A DNA stretch of 41,749 nucleotides from positions 1 through 41,749 of the forward strand of contig JACQWW010000079.1 of assembly GCA_016209025.1 (NCBI GenBank), written 5' to 3'. The translations under genes and the position numbers were made by a program. How positions within the stretch are numbered: position 1 is the stretch's first letter; every line of letters begins with the position of its first letter. This document shows positions 8,101-18,229 of the stretch, one piece after another. Under the pieces are notes generated by a model. That model was given only the letters and a program-made list of their open reading frames with translations, searched no databases and was not told the origin of the DNA. The stretch is from Elusimicrobiota bacterium (GTDB lineage: Bacteria > Elusimicrobiota > Elusimicrobia > JACQPE01).

Positions 8101-8876
8101 GCGTCGTCAAGGTATATGTGGCGGCCACCAGGCCTTTGCGCGTCGGCGATAAAGTGGCCGGCCGTCACGGCAATAAGGGCGTTATTTCCAAGATTTTGCC
8201 CATAGAGGATATGCCGAGGCTGCCCGACGGCACGCCGGTGGACATGGTGCTTTCACCCCTTTCCGTGCCGTCGCGCATGAACGTGGGCCAGCTTTTGGAG
8301 ACGATGTTCGGCTGGGCCGCTAAAATGTTCGATGTTCAAATGGTGACGCCGGTTTTTAACGGGGCCATGGAAACCGAGGTCAGGGAGAAGGTTAAAGAGG
8401 CGCGCGAAATGATGATGAAAAAGGGCGTGCCCGAGAAATATCTCCCCGGCGAGGACATGCGTATTACTCTCTATGACGGGCGGACCGGCCAGCCCTTCCT
8501 TGAAAAAATCACCATCGGCTATATGTACGTCATGAAGCTCATTCATGTGGTCGAGGATAAGATCCATGCCAGAAGCACCGGACCATATTCGCTTATCACC
8601 AGGCAGCCTTTGGGCGGCAAGGCCCTTTTCGGGGGCCAGCGTTTGGGCGAGATGGAGGTATGGGCCTTGGAGGCTTATGGAGCGAGTCACACCCTTCAGG
8701 AATTTTTGACGATCAAATCCGCGCATGAGTCTTTCAAAGTCCTGGTGCGCGAACTCCAGGGTTTGGGGCTCGGCGTCGAACTGCTGAGATTAGGCGAGCT
8801 TGAGCCGCAGAAGCCCCCCAAGGCCTCGGATGGCGGCGCTTTGAAAACCAAAGAAAAGGAAGAGGTGAAAAGCTGA
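5103..8876 (+). CDS. rpoB: DNA-directed RNA polymerase beta subunit (apparently lacking a conserved ~23-aa C-terminal segment, see findings)
   Basis: Motifs '[32 protein letters not shown]', '[19 protein letters not shown]', 'NMQRQGVPL', '[13 protein letters not shown]', '[18 protein letters not shown]'. Confidence 0.96.
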   Translation: [1257 protein letters not shown]

Positions 8877-11800
8877 TGGCGCAAACAACGACCAGGCTTG
8901 AAGAAACGACCAGGGAGCTTCTTTTTTCCGCCCGCAAAAAGAAAAAGAAGGCCGGTGATTTTTTCAATTTCATGGATTTTGACGCTATCCGCCTGACCGT
9001 GGCAAGCCCCGATCGCATTAAAAGCTGGTCTTATGGGGAGGTTCGAAAGCCGGAAACCATCAATTACCGGACCTTAAAGCCCGAGCGCGACGGACTTTTT
9101 TGCGAGCGGATTTTCGGCCCGTCGCGCGATTATGAATGCGCCTGCGGCAAATATAAATGGGTGAAATTCAGGGGCATCGTCTGCGACCGCTGCGGCGTGG
9201 AAGTGACTGAGGCCAAGGTCAGGCGCGAGCGCATGGGCCACATTGACCTGGTCGTTCCGGTCGCCCACATTTGGTTTTTAAGAAAGCCGCCATCGCGCAT
9301 CGCCATCGCCCTTGACATGAAGCTGGGCGACCTCATGCGCACCGTTTATTACAAGGAAGACGGCTATCTTGTCCTGGAAAACTTGGAGCAGAACGGCAAG
9401 GTTGTTTTCCGGCGCGGCGATATCATTGATATAGATGAATATCAAAAAGCCAAGGCCGAGTTTGGCGGGCGTTTCAAATGCTCGATCGGCGGCGGCGCGG
9501 TCCAGGACATGCTCGCGGGCCTTGAATTGAAAGAAGAAACCCAGCTCGTGAGAAAGAAGCTTCAAAAGCTCGAGGCCGAAGGCGAGAGAAACCGGCTTAT
9601 CAAGAGGCTCAGAATCCTGGAAGGGTTTTTGCATTCAGAGAGCCGTCCCGAGTGGATGATGCTGACCACCCTGCCGGTTATTCCGCCGGATTTAAGGCCT
9701 CTGGTGCCCTTGGAAGGCGGGCGTTTCGCCACCAGCGATTTAAACGACCTTTATAGAAAAATCATCAACCGCAACAACCGCTTAAAGCACATCGAGCAAT
9801 TGCGCGCCCCGGAAGTCATGATTCACAATGAAAAACGCCTGCTTCAGGATTCGGTGGACGCCTTGATTGAAAACGGCGCCGGCTGGAAGGTGTCTTTGGG
9901 CCCGGGCAACCGGCCTTTAAAATCCCTCTCCGACATCATCAAGGGCAAAGAAGGGCGTTTCCGCCAAAATTTACTGGGCAAACGCGTTGATTATTCGGGC
10001 CGGTCCGTTGTCGTGGTCGGCCCCAAGCTCAAGCTCCATCAATGCGGCCTTCCTAAAGAGATGGCTTTGGAGCTTTTCAAGCCTTTTTTACTGGGCGAGC
10101 TCATCAAGCGCCACAGCGTCACGCTTAAGGCCGCCAGGAAAATGCTGGAAAAGGCCACGGCCGAAGTCTGGGATATCCTGGCTGATCTGACCAAAGATCA
10201 TTTGGTGCTTTTAAACAGAGCGCCGACTCTTCACCGGCTTTCCATTCAGGCTTTTGAGCCGGTTTTAGTCGAGGGTAAAGCCATCCAGCTTCATCCTTTA
10301 ACCTGCCCCGCCTTCAACGCGGACTTTGACGGAGATCAGATGGCGGTTCACGTTCCGCTTTCCTATGAATCTTTAATGGAAGCGAGGCTTCTAATGCTCT
10401 CCTCCCGCAATATTTTTTCTCCGGCCTCAGGCCGGCCAATCGCCCAGCCCAGCCAGGACGTTATTTTAGGGCTTTGCTATCTGACCAAGCCGAAGGCGGG
10501 AGTCATGGGCGAGGGCAGATGCTATTCGTCCGTGGATGAAGTGATCGCCGCTTTTCAGCGGGGGTTCACTTTGCCCAACGCCAAAATAAAAATCATGGGT
10601 TTCAATAAACTTGACGAAGAGCAGCTGGCGCTGGAACAAAAAATGGATCCGAAGCTGTGGAAAGACTGGACCACGGTCGGCCGCGCTATTTTCAACGCGG
10701 TAATTCCCAAGGAGATGGGTTACGTCAACCAAACGATTGATAAAAAGACGCTGGGCGGCATTATCTTGGAGTGTTACCGGACTTTGGGGCATTATCGGAC
10801 CGTCCAGCTTTTGGATGAGGCAAAAAATCTCGGATACCGTTATTCGACTTATTACGGGGTGAGCATTTCCATTTCGGACATGCTGGTGCCGAAAGTCAAA
10901 AAGGAGATCGTGCGCCGGGCTCAGGACAAGGTCAAGGAAATCGAGCGCCAATCCAAAGCCGGAGCCATCACCGAAATGGAGCGCTATAACAAAGTAGTGG
11001 ACATCTGGACCCACGCCACCGATCAAGTGGCGGACAACATGTTCGCCGAGATGCAATCGCGGGAAAAGATGTCGCCCCAGGAGACAGGTTCGCTTTTCAA
11101 TTCGATTTTCATCATGGCTGATTCCGGAGCCCGCGGTTCGCGGGCCCAGGTCCGCCAGTTGGGCGGTATGCGCGGCCTTATGGCTAAGCCGCAAAAAAAG
11201 ATCATGGGCCAGTACGGGGAAATCATCGAAACGCCGGTCATTTCCAATTTCAGGGAAGGGCTCTCTGTTTTGGAGTATTTTATTTCCACGCACGGCGGCC
11301 GCAAAGGCTTGGCCGACACCGCCTTAAAGACGGCCGACGCCGGGTATTTGACGAGGCGGCTGGTGGACGTCACCCATGACGTGGTGGTGGTGGAAGAAGA
11401 TTGCGGCACGATAAACGGCATCAGGATTGCGCCCCTTTATTCCGGGGAAGAAGTCATCGAATCGCTGGAGGAAAGAATCGCGGGCCGCGTCGTTCTGGAA
11501 GACGTCCGTCTTGCCGGCGAAGGCGTCTCGCGGTTGCGGGGCCAGACAAGCAAAGAAAAAGAAGAAAAGGAAAAAATTTTGGCCAAGGCCGGCGAACTTA
11601 TTGATTGGGCCAAGGCAAGGGCGATAGCCAAGTCCGACGTTCCGTTCGTGAGGGTTCGCTCGACTTTGACCTGCGAGGCAAAATACGGCGTTTGCGCGAA
11701 GTGCTTCGGCCTTTCTTTAGCCACCGGCCAAATGGTCGAGGCCGGCGAAGCGGTCGGCATCATCGCGGCCCAGTCCATCGGCGAGCCGGGAACCCAGCTT

Positions 11801-13099
11801 ACCCTAAGGACCTTCCATATCGGCGGCACCGCGGCCCGGGTTGTTTCCAAATCACAGGCTGTTTCAGCCGCCGCCGGAACGGTTGTTTTTAAGAATATCG
11901 AGCTGCTGAAAAGAAAAAGCGGCGAGGTTTTGGTCCATTCGAGAAACAGCGAGATCGCTGTTTTCGATCCGGAAACGAAAACCGAAAAAGAAAGCCACCG
12001 CGTCCCTCATGGGGCCCGCCTCAAAGTCAAAAATTCGGAGAAGGCGCCGGCCGGAACGCTTTTGGCCGAGTGGGATCCTTACGCCCTGCCCATTATGTCG
12101 AAAGTGGAAGGCCAAGTCCGCTATGAAGATATCGAGGAAGGCATCACGACTCATGAGGAGAAAAACAAAATTACCGGACTGACCGAGCGGCGCATTATCG
12201 AACATCGCGAACAAAGAAAACGGCCGAGAATCATCGTGGCGGATCACAAGGGCAAGGAACTTGACGCCTATACCCTGCCGGTGGACACCATCATCGTGAC
12301 GGCCGACGGCGAGCCGGTCGGGCCGGGCGATATTCTGGCAAAAATTCCCCTTGAAGTAAGCATCACCCGCGACATCACCGGGGGGCTGCCCCGCGTTTCC
12401 GAGCTTTTTGAGGCGAGAAGGCCGAAAAATTCAACCGTCATTTCGGAGATTGACGGCGTGGTTTCTTTGGGCACCACGGCCAAGGGCGGCCAGAAAGTGA
12501 TCGTCAGAAACGAGGAAACCGACGTTGTCTGCGAATACAGCATTCCTCAGGGCAAACACCTTATGGTTTACGAAGGAGACCGCGTCGGGGTCGGCGAGGC
12601 TTTGACCGACGGCCCTATCAATCCCCACGATATCCTGAGGGTCAAGGGCCTCAAGGAATGCCAGGAATATCTTGTCTGCGCCATTCAGGAGGTTTACCGG
12701 CTCCAAGGCGTGATGGTCAACGACAAGCATATCGAGCTTATCGTGCGCGAGATGCTGGAAAACGTGCGAATAACCAAAGCCGGCGCAACGCATCTATTGG
12801 TGGGCGAAATCGTCAATCGTTTTGAATTTGAAGAGGAAAACGAGCAGGCGATCAAGGCCAAAAGGGAGCCGGCCGAAGCCCAGGTGGTGCTTTTGGGCAT
12901 CACTAAAGCGGCGCTTTCGTCGAGAAGCTTTATTTCCGCGGCCAGCTTTCAGGAAACAACCAGGGTTTTGACCGACGCGGCCGTCAGCGGCAAGTTGGAT
13001 TTCCTGCGGGGACTCAAAGAAAACGTCATTATCGGGCGTTTGATTCCGGCCGGCACGGGCCTCGCCGCCAGACAGCAGGCAGCGCTGGAGCACAAATGA
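8876..13099 (+). CDS. rpoC: DNA-directed RNA polymerase beta' subunit
   Basis: Zn finger 'CACGKY...CDRCGVEV', catalytic '[14 protein letters not shown]', '[18 protein letters not shown]', '[19 protein letters not shown]'. The ATG overlaps the rpoB TGA. Confidence 0.97.
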
Positions 13100-13121
13100 A
13101 AATTTTACCAGGTAAAATTTT
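13099..13121 (+). repeat. AAAATTTT-stem hairpin F2, overlapping the rpoC stop
   Basis: 'tg aaaattttacc a ggtaaaatttt' (11-bp perfect stem, 1-nt centre). Confidence 0.8.
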
Positions 13122-13188
13122 CGTTAGTTGTTTGTCGTTAGTTGTTTGTCGTTTTGCGATTAACAACCAACGACCGACGACCAACGAA
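13122..13188 (+). repeat. Heptamer hairpin D (rpoC | rpsL gap)
   Basis: 5' arm 'cgttagt tgtttgt cgttagt tgtttgt cgttttg', 3' arm 'aacaac caacgac cgacgac caacgaa'. By eye, 20 of 25 positions are Watson-Crick and 2 more are G.U. Confidence 0.8.
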
Positions 13189-13221
13189 TCACGCGCCGAC
13201 GAGCGCCGCGAGGAGGCGTAG

Positions 13222-13647
13222 ATGCCGACCACCAGCCAACTTTTAAGAATTTTCCGCAGTAAGCGCGCCTACCGTTCCAAGTCGCCGGCTCTGCGCGAAT
13301 GTCCTCAGCGCCGCGGGGTTTGCCTGCGTGTTTACACCACCACGCCGAAAAAACCGAACTCCGCTCTGCGCAAGGTGGCCCGCGTCAAGCTGACCTCCGG
13401 CATAGAGGTGACGGCCTATATCCCGGGCATCGGCCACAATCTTCAGGAACACTCGATCGTCTTGGTGCGCGGCGGCCGGGTAAAAGATCTTCCTGGGGTG
13501 CGCTATCATATCATCCGGGGCGTTTTCGACTGCAGCGGCGTCGATGGCCGCCGGCAGGGCCGCTCCAAATACGGGGCCAAGCAGCCCAAGGAAACGGCAG
13601 CCGGCAAAACGGCCGCGGCGCCGGCCGGGGCAGGAGCTACAAAGTGA
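13222..13647 (+). CDS. rpsL: 30S ribosomal protein S12 (with an Ala-rich C-terminal tail)
   Basis: 'MPTTSQLLR...[70 protein letters not shown]'. Confidence 0.97.
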   Translation: MPTTSQLLRIFRSKRAYRSKSPALRECPQRRGVCLRVYTTTPKKPNSALRKVARVKLTSGIEVTAYIPGIGHNLQEHSIVLVRGGRVKDLPGVRYHIIRGVFDCSGVDGRRQGRSKYGAKQPKETAAGKTAAAPAGAGATK

Positions 13648-13723
13648 ATATTGAATATGGAATATTGAATATTGGGAAGAATAAAAAATTTCTCCAATAT
13701 TCTACATTCAACATTCTACATTC
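13646..13723 (+). repeat. Family A heptamer hairpin A2 (rpsL | rpsG gap)
   Basis: 'gaatattgaatatggaatattgaatattggg' - loop - 'ctccaatattctacattcaacattctacattc'. It begins on the last 2 nt (13646-13647) of the rpsL TGA (13645-13647). Confidence 0.9.
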
Positions 13724-13743
13724 ACCCCTTTCTTGGAGGTTTT

Positions 13744-14214
13744 ATGCCTAGACGATCCATAGAACGCCGTCCCCCGCCTCAATCGGACGTGCGGTTTTCC
13801 AGCCAACTGGTAAGCCGCCTGATCGGAAAACTGAATTTTACCGGCAAAAAAAACAAGGTCACGCGGATCGTTTACGAGGCGATGGATTTGATCAAGTCCA
13901 AAACCGGCGAGGATCCGGCTGTTGTTTTATCGCGGGGGGTTGAGAACTGCCGTCCTCTGCTTGAAACCAAGCCCCGCCAAGTCGGCGGCGCCACCTATCA
14001 AGTTCCCATCGAGGTGGATTCTTACCGGGGAGAGACGCTCGCCATGCGCTGGATTATTGACTATGCCCGCGCGAGAAAAGGCCAGCCCATGGCCATAAAA
14101 ATAGCCGAAGAAATCATTCAGGCGTCGAGAAAGGAAGGCACGGCTTTTAAAAAACGCGAGGAAATGCATAAAATGGCCGAATCGAACAGGGCGTTCGCCC
14201 ATTACCGATGGTGA
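13744..14214 (+). CDS. rpsG: 30S ribosomal protein S7
   Basis: 'MPRRSIERR...', 'VGGATYQVPIEV', 'KKREEMHKMAESNRAFAHYRW'. I chose the ATG at 13744 after SD 'ggagg'. The longer track ORF (13672) runs through a repeat element. Confidence 0.93.
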   Translation: MPRRSIERRPPPQSDVRFSSQLVSRLIGKLNFTGKKNKVTRIVYEAMDLIKSKTGEDPAVVLSRGVENCRPLLETKPRQVGGATYQVPIEVDSYRGETLAMRWIIDYARARKGQPMAIKIAEEIIQASRKEGTAFKKREEMHKMAESNRAFAHYRW

Positions 14215-14220
14215 AAGAAT

Positions 14221-14306
14221 GACGCGGCGACGGGGAGACGCGGTGACGCGGGGAAAGTTTGGTTTTGGATTTTTTAATCTCCGCGTCCCCGCGTCCCCGT
14301 GTCTCC
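14221..14306 (+). repeat. Octamer hairpin C (rpsG | fusA gap)
   Basis: 5' arm 'gacgcggc gacgggga gacgcggt gacgcggg g', loop 'aaagtttggttttggattttttaat', 3' arm 'ctccgcgtcc ccgcgtcc ccgtgtct cc'. The arms are largely complementary. Confidence 0.85.
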
Positions 14307-14321
14307 GAGTCAGGAGCATCG

Positions 14322-16406
14322 GTGGCTAGACAATTCCCTCTCGAAAAAGTCCGCAATATCGGCATTATCGCCCACATTGACGCCGGCAAAACAACGACCA
14401 CGGAGCGCGTTCTTTTTTATACGGGACGCATCCATAAAATCGGCGAAGTTCATGAAGGAACGACCACCACGGACTGGATGCCGCAGGAGAGGGAGCGCGG
14501 CATCACCATCACCTCAGCCGCGACTTATGTGACATGGAAGGATTGTCATCTCAACATTATTGACACTCCCGGCCATGTGGATTTTACGGCCGAAGTGGAA
14601 CGAAGCTTGAGGGTGCTTGACGGCGCCATCATTGTTTTTGACGGGGTGCAGGGCGTCGAGCCCCAATCGGAGACGGTGTTCAGGCAGGCCGACAAATACA
14701 ATGTTCCCCGGCTTTGCTTTATCAACAAAATGGATAGAATCGGGGCCGATTTTTATATGTCGGTAAAATCCATCAAGGATCGCCTGGGGGCCAATTGCTC
14801 GCCCGTGTCCCTGCCGATCGGCGCCGAAGAAAATTTTCGCGGCATCATTGATTTGATCGCCATGAAAGCGGTTTATTGGGACGACAAGGAAGGCGCCAAA
14901 TATCATGCCGAGGAGATCCCCTCGGACCTTGTTGATTCAGCGAAAAAATGGCGTGATGGTCTGCTCGAAAAAGTGTCGGAATTCGATGATGCCTTGCTGT
15001 CGAAATATATCGAGGGCAAAGCCGTCGAGGAAAGCGAAATCAAGGCGGCCGTCAGGAAAGGGACGCTGACGGGAAATTTTTTTCCGGTTTTTGCCGGAGC
15101 CGCCTATAAAAACAAAGGCGTTCAGCCGCTTTTGGACGGGGTCTGCGATTTTCTGCCGAATCCCTCGGATATTCCGCCGACCAAAGGCAAGGATCCCGAT
15201 ACCGACCGGGAGATTGTGCGCAAAATTGACGATCAAGAGCCTTTCTGCGCTCTCATCTTCAAGATTCAGACGGATCCATATGTCGGGAAGCTTTCGTATT
15301 TCAGAGTCTATAGCGGCGAACTGACAACGGGTATGATGGTCTACAATACGCGCCGCAGCACGACCGAGCGCATCGGCCGGCTTTTAAGGATGCACGCCCA
15401 GCATCGCGAGGAAATCAAAGAAGTCCGAACCGGCGATATCGCGGCGACCGTGGCCATGAGAAATGCGTCAACGGGCGATACGATTTGCCTTGAAAACAGT
15501 CCCATAGTGCTTGAAGAAATCAAGTTCCCAGACACGGTCATATCGGTGGCCATCGAGCCCAAAACCAAAGCGGACGAAGAAAAGCTCGGCGTTGCTTTGA
15601 TGCGGCTGGCCGAAGAGGACCCGACCTTTCGGGTTAAACGCGATCAGGAAACGGCCCAGACGATCATTTCAGGAATGGGCGAGCTTCATCTTGAAATTTT
15701 GGTTGACCGCATGAAGCGGGAATTCAGCGTTCTGGCCAATATCGGCAAGCCCATGGTGGCTTACAAGGAGACGATTAAAAAGAAGGTTCAGCAGGAAGGC
15801 AAGTATATCCGCCAAACCGGGGGCCGCGGGCAGTATGGTCATGTCTTTTTGGAAATCGAGCCGCGCGAGCGCGGCGCAGGACTTCTTTTTGAGAGCAAGA
15901 TTTTCGGCGGCGTGGTCCCGCGGGAATACGTGCCCGCGGTTGAGAAAGGCGTCAAGGAAGCCGTGGATGAGGGGGCTCTGGCCGGATACCCCATCGTTGA
16001 TCTGCATGTAACCCTGGTGGACGGTTCCTACCATGAAGTGGATTCGTCGGAAATAGCTTTTAAAATCGCTTCAGCCATGGCTTTGAGGGCTGGCTGCAAG
16101 AACGCCAACCCGGTGCTTTTGGAGCCCATTATGAAATTCGAGGTGTCTACGCCCGAAGATTACATGGGCGACGTCATTGGGGATTTGAATTCGCGCCGGG
16201 CCAAGGTGCTCGACATGCAGACCCGCGGGAATGCTAAAATAATACGCGGCACTGTGCCTCTTGCCGAAATGTTCGGCTACGCCACGACAGTGCGCAGCCT
16301 TTCCCAAGGCCGGGCGTCGTTTAATTTGGAGCCGTCTCACTATGAAGAGGTTCCCCGCCCGATCCAGGAAGCTATTGTTGCCAAAGCGGCCGGGGATAAA
16401 AGATAA
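14322..16406 (+). CDS. fusA: Elongation factor G
   Basis: '[26 protein letters not shown]', '[25 protein letters not shown]', 'INKMDR'. GTG at 14322 lies 5 nt after 'aggag'. The upstream part of the track ORF lies in a repeat. Confidence 0.95.
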   Translation: MARQFPLEKVRNIGIIAHIDAGKTTTTERVLFYTGRIHKIGEVHEGTTTTDWMPQERERGITITSAATYVTWKDCHLNIIDTPGHVDFTAEVERSLRVLDGAIIVFDGVQGVEPQSETVFRQADKYNVPRLCFINKMDRIGADFYMSVKSIKDRLGANCSPVSLPIGAEENFRGIIDLIAMKAVYWDDKEGAKYHAEEIPSDLVDSAKKWRDGLLEKVSEFDDALLSKYIEGKAVEESEIKAAVRKGTLTGNFFPVFAGAAYKNKGVQPLLDGVCDFLPNPSDIPPTKGKDPDTDREIVRKIDDQEPFCALIFKIQTDPYVGKLSYFRVYSGELTTGMMVYNTRRSTTERIGRLLRMHAQHREEIKEVRTGDIAATVAMRNASTGDTICLENSPIVLEEIKFPDTVISVAIEPKTKADEEKLGVALMRLAEEDPTFRVKRDQETAQTIISGMGELHLEILVDRMKREFSVLANIGKPMVAYKETIKKKVQQEGKYIRQTGGRGQYGHVFLEIEPRERGAGLLFESKIFGGVVPREYVPAVEKGVKEAVDEGALAGYPIVDLHVTLVDGSYHEVDSSEIAFKIASAMALRAGCKNANPVLLEPIMKFEVSTPEDYMGDVIGDLNSRRAKVLDMQTRGNAKIIRGTVPLAEMFGYATTVRSLSQGRASFNLEPSHYEEVPRPIQEAIVAKAAGDKR

Positions 16407-16425
16407 GTCCGACAGGTCGGACAGG
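16407..16425 (+). repeat. Family B 9-mer array B2, 2 units (fusA | tuf gap)
   Basis: 'gtccgacag gtcggacag g', immediately after the fusA TAA. Confidence 0.7.
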
Positions 16426-16444
16426 TTAAAGGAGGAAAAACAAA

Positions 16445-17641
16445 ATGGCAAAAGGAAAGTTTGAGCGGACGAAACCACATGTCAATGTGGGCACTATCGG
16501 ACACGTTGATCACGGGAAGACTCTGCTTACATCCGCGATCACCAAGGTGCTGGCAAAGAAAGGATTTTCACAGGCCAAGGAATACGCCGACATCGCCAAG
16601 GGCGGCGTAGTGCGCGACGCTTCGAAGATTTTGACCGTGGCGGTTGCCCATGTGGAATATGAGACTCAAAATCGCCATTATGCCCATATTGACTGTCCCG
16701 GGCACGCCGACTACATTAAAAACATGATCACCGGCGCGGCTCAGATGGACGGCGCCATTTTAGTGGTGAGCGCCCCCGACGGCCCAATGCCGCAGACAAG
16801 AGAGCACGTGCTTTTGGCCCGGCAGGTCAATGTGCCCCATATCGTCGTTTTTTTGAACAAATGCGATCTTGTCGACGACAAAGAGCTTCTTGATTTGGTG
16901 GAAATGGAGGTTCGTGATCTTTTGAAAAAATATGAGTTCCCAAGCGAAAAGATCACCATCATCCGCGGCAGCGCCATGAAAGCCCTGGCCGGCGACACGG
17001 GCGAGCTCGGAGAGCCCGCTATTTGGAAGCTTGTGGAGGCTTTGGACGCGAGCATCCCCGAGCCCAAGCGCGACGTGGACAAGCCGTTTTTGATGGCGGT
17101 TGAGGATGTTTTTTCGATCACGGGCCGCGGCACGGTCGCCACGGGCCGGGTCGAACGCGGCAAGGTCAAGATCGGAGACACTCTGGAGATCGTGGGAATC
17201 CAGGAGACGAAAAAGACCGTGGCCACCGGCGTCGAGATGTTTCAAAAGACGCTTGACGAAGCCATTGCCGGCGACAATATCGGGGTGCTTTTGCGCGGCA
17301 TCGAGAAAGACGGCGTGGAGCGGGGGCAGGTTTTGGCGGCCCCGGGTTCCATTACCCCGCACAAGGTTTTCAAGGGACAGATCTATGTCTTGAACAAGGA
17401 CGAAGGCGGCCGTCATACGCCGTTTTTTAAAGGCTACCGGCCGCAGTTCTATTTCAGGACAACCGACGTGACCGGCGAGGTCGAGCTTCCTGCCTCGGTC
17501 GAGATGATCATGCCCGGCGACAATATAGAGATCACTGGGCGGCTTATTTCGCTTATCGCCATGGAGAAAGGCGTACGCTTCGCCATCAGAGAGGGCGGCA
17601 AAACAGTCGGCGCCGGAGTGGTGTCGGATATCATCGAATGA
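16445..17641 (+). CDS. tuf: Elongation factor Tu
   Basis: '[17 protein letters not shown]', '[28 protein letters not shown]', 'NKCDLV'. SD 'aaggagg' lies upstream. Confidence 0.98.
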   Translation: MAKGKFERTKPHVNVGTIGHVDHGKTLLTSAITKVLAKKGFSQAKEYADIAKGGVVRDASKILTVAVAHVEYETQNRHYAHIDCPGHADYIKNMITGAAQMDGAILVVSAPDGPMPQTREHVLLARQVNVPHIVVFLNKCDLVDDKELLDLVEMEVRDLLKKYEFPSEKITIIRGSAMKALAGDTGELGEPAIWKLVEALDASIPEPKRDVDKPFLMAVEDVFSITGRGTVATGRVERGKVKIGDTLEIVGIQETKKTVATGVEMFQKTLDEAIAGDNIGVLLRGIEKDGVERGQVLAAPGSITPHKVFKGQIYVLNKDEGGRHTPFFKGYRPQFYFRTTDVTGEVELPASVEMIMPGDNIEITGRLISLIAMEKGVRFAIREGGKTVGAGVVSDIIE

Positions 17642-17645
17642 AGCT

Positions 17646-17729
17646 GGAATATAGAATGTGGAATATAGAATATTGGAGCAAGAAAGACCTCTTTGTTTTC
17701 CTACATTCAACATTCAATATTCAATATTC
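17646..17729 (+). repeat. Family A heptamer hairpin A3 (tuf | rpsJ gap)
   Basis: 'ggaatatagaatgtggaatatagaatattgg' - loop - 'cctacattcaacattcaatattcaatattc'. Confidence 0.9.
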
Positions 17730-17740
17730 TGAGTAATTCT

Positions 17741-18112
17741 ATGACAGCGAAGGAAGGCAAAGAAAAATCGTCGGCTGCGGAAGCGGCCGCCAAAGCCGTT
17801 TTACCGTCGGAGCAGCACATCCGCATCAGGCTGCGCTGTTACGATCACAAGATGCTCGATGAGTCGGTTGAAAAAATTGTGGCGACGGTGCGGCGCACCG
17901 GCGGGGTGATCATAGGGCCCGTTCTTTTGCCCACCAAGCGCAAGCTTTACACGGTGCTGCGTTCCCCTCATGCGGACAAAAAATCAAGGGAACAGTTCGA
18001 GTTGCGCATTCATAAACGGCTGATTGATCTTAAAGAGCCGACGCCGAGAACGATCGACGAATTGATGAAACTTGATCTGCCGCCCGGCGTGGACGTGGAA
18101 ATCAAACTATGA
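17741..18112 (+). CDS. rpsJ: 30S ribosomal protein S10 (with a short N-terminal extension)
   Basis: '[71 protein letters not shown]'. The ATG at 17741 is the first start after repeat A3. Confidence 0.92.
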   Translation: MTAKEGKEKSSAAEAAAKAVLPSEQHIRIRLRCYDHKMLDESVEKIVATVRRTGGVIIGPVLLPTKRKLYTVLRSPHADKKSREQFELRIHKRLIDLKEPTPRTIDELMKLDLPPGVDVEIKL

Positions 18113-18134
18113 AAATTTTACCCGGTAAAATTTT
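18112..18134 (+). repeat. AAAATTTT-stem hairpin F3, overlapping the rpsJ stop
   Basis: 'tg aaaattttacc c ggtaaaatttt', nearly identical to F2. Confidence 0.8.
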
Positions 18135-18150
18135 CAGGTGCGCAAGAACA

Positions 18151-18192
18151 TCTGACCCGTCAGACATGTCTGACTCGTCTGACAAGTCTGAC
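18151..18192 (+). repeat. Family B 9-mer array B3, 5 units (rpsJ | rplC gap)
   Basis: 'tctgac ccgtcagac atgtctgac tcgtctgac aagtctgac'. Confidence 0.9.
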
Positions 18193-18229
18193 GCGCGTGC
18201 GTTTAATTTTTTGCGAAGCGAGGAATTCC

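Noticed and set aside
13299-13751. A 150-aa alternative-frame ORF overlapping rpsL, and similar + strand overlapping ORFs (e.g. 6898-7566, 28078-28494, 38743-39177)
   Set aside because: They are Arg/Pro/Gly-rich out-of-frame translations of conserved genes, typical of GC-rich third positions
4975-18134. Intergenic hairpins as Rho-independent terminators
   Set aside because: None of the stems (families A-D and F) is followed by a T-tract. They sit inside operons that must be read through. An attenuator or processing role is possible but unproven
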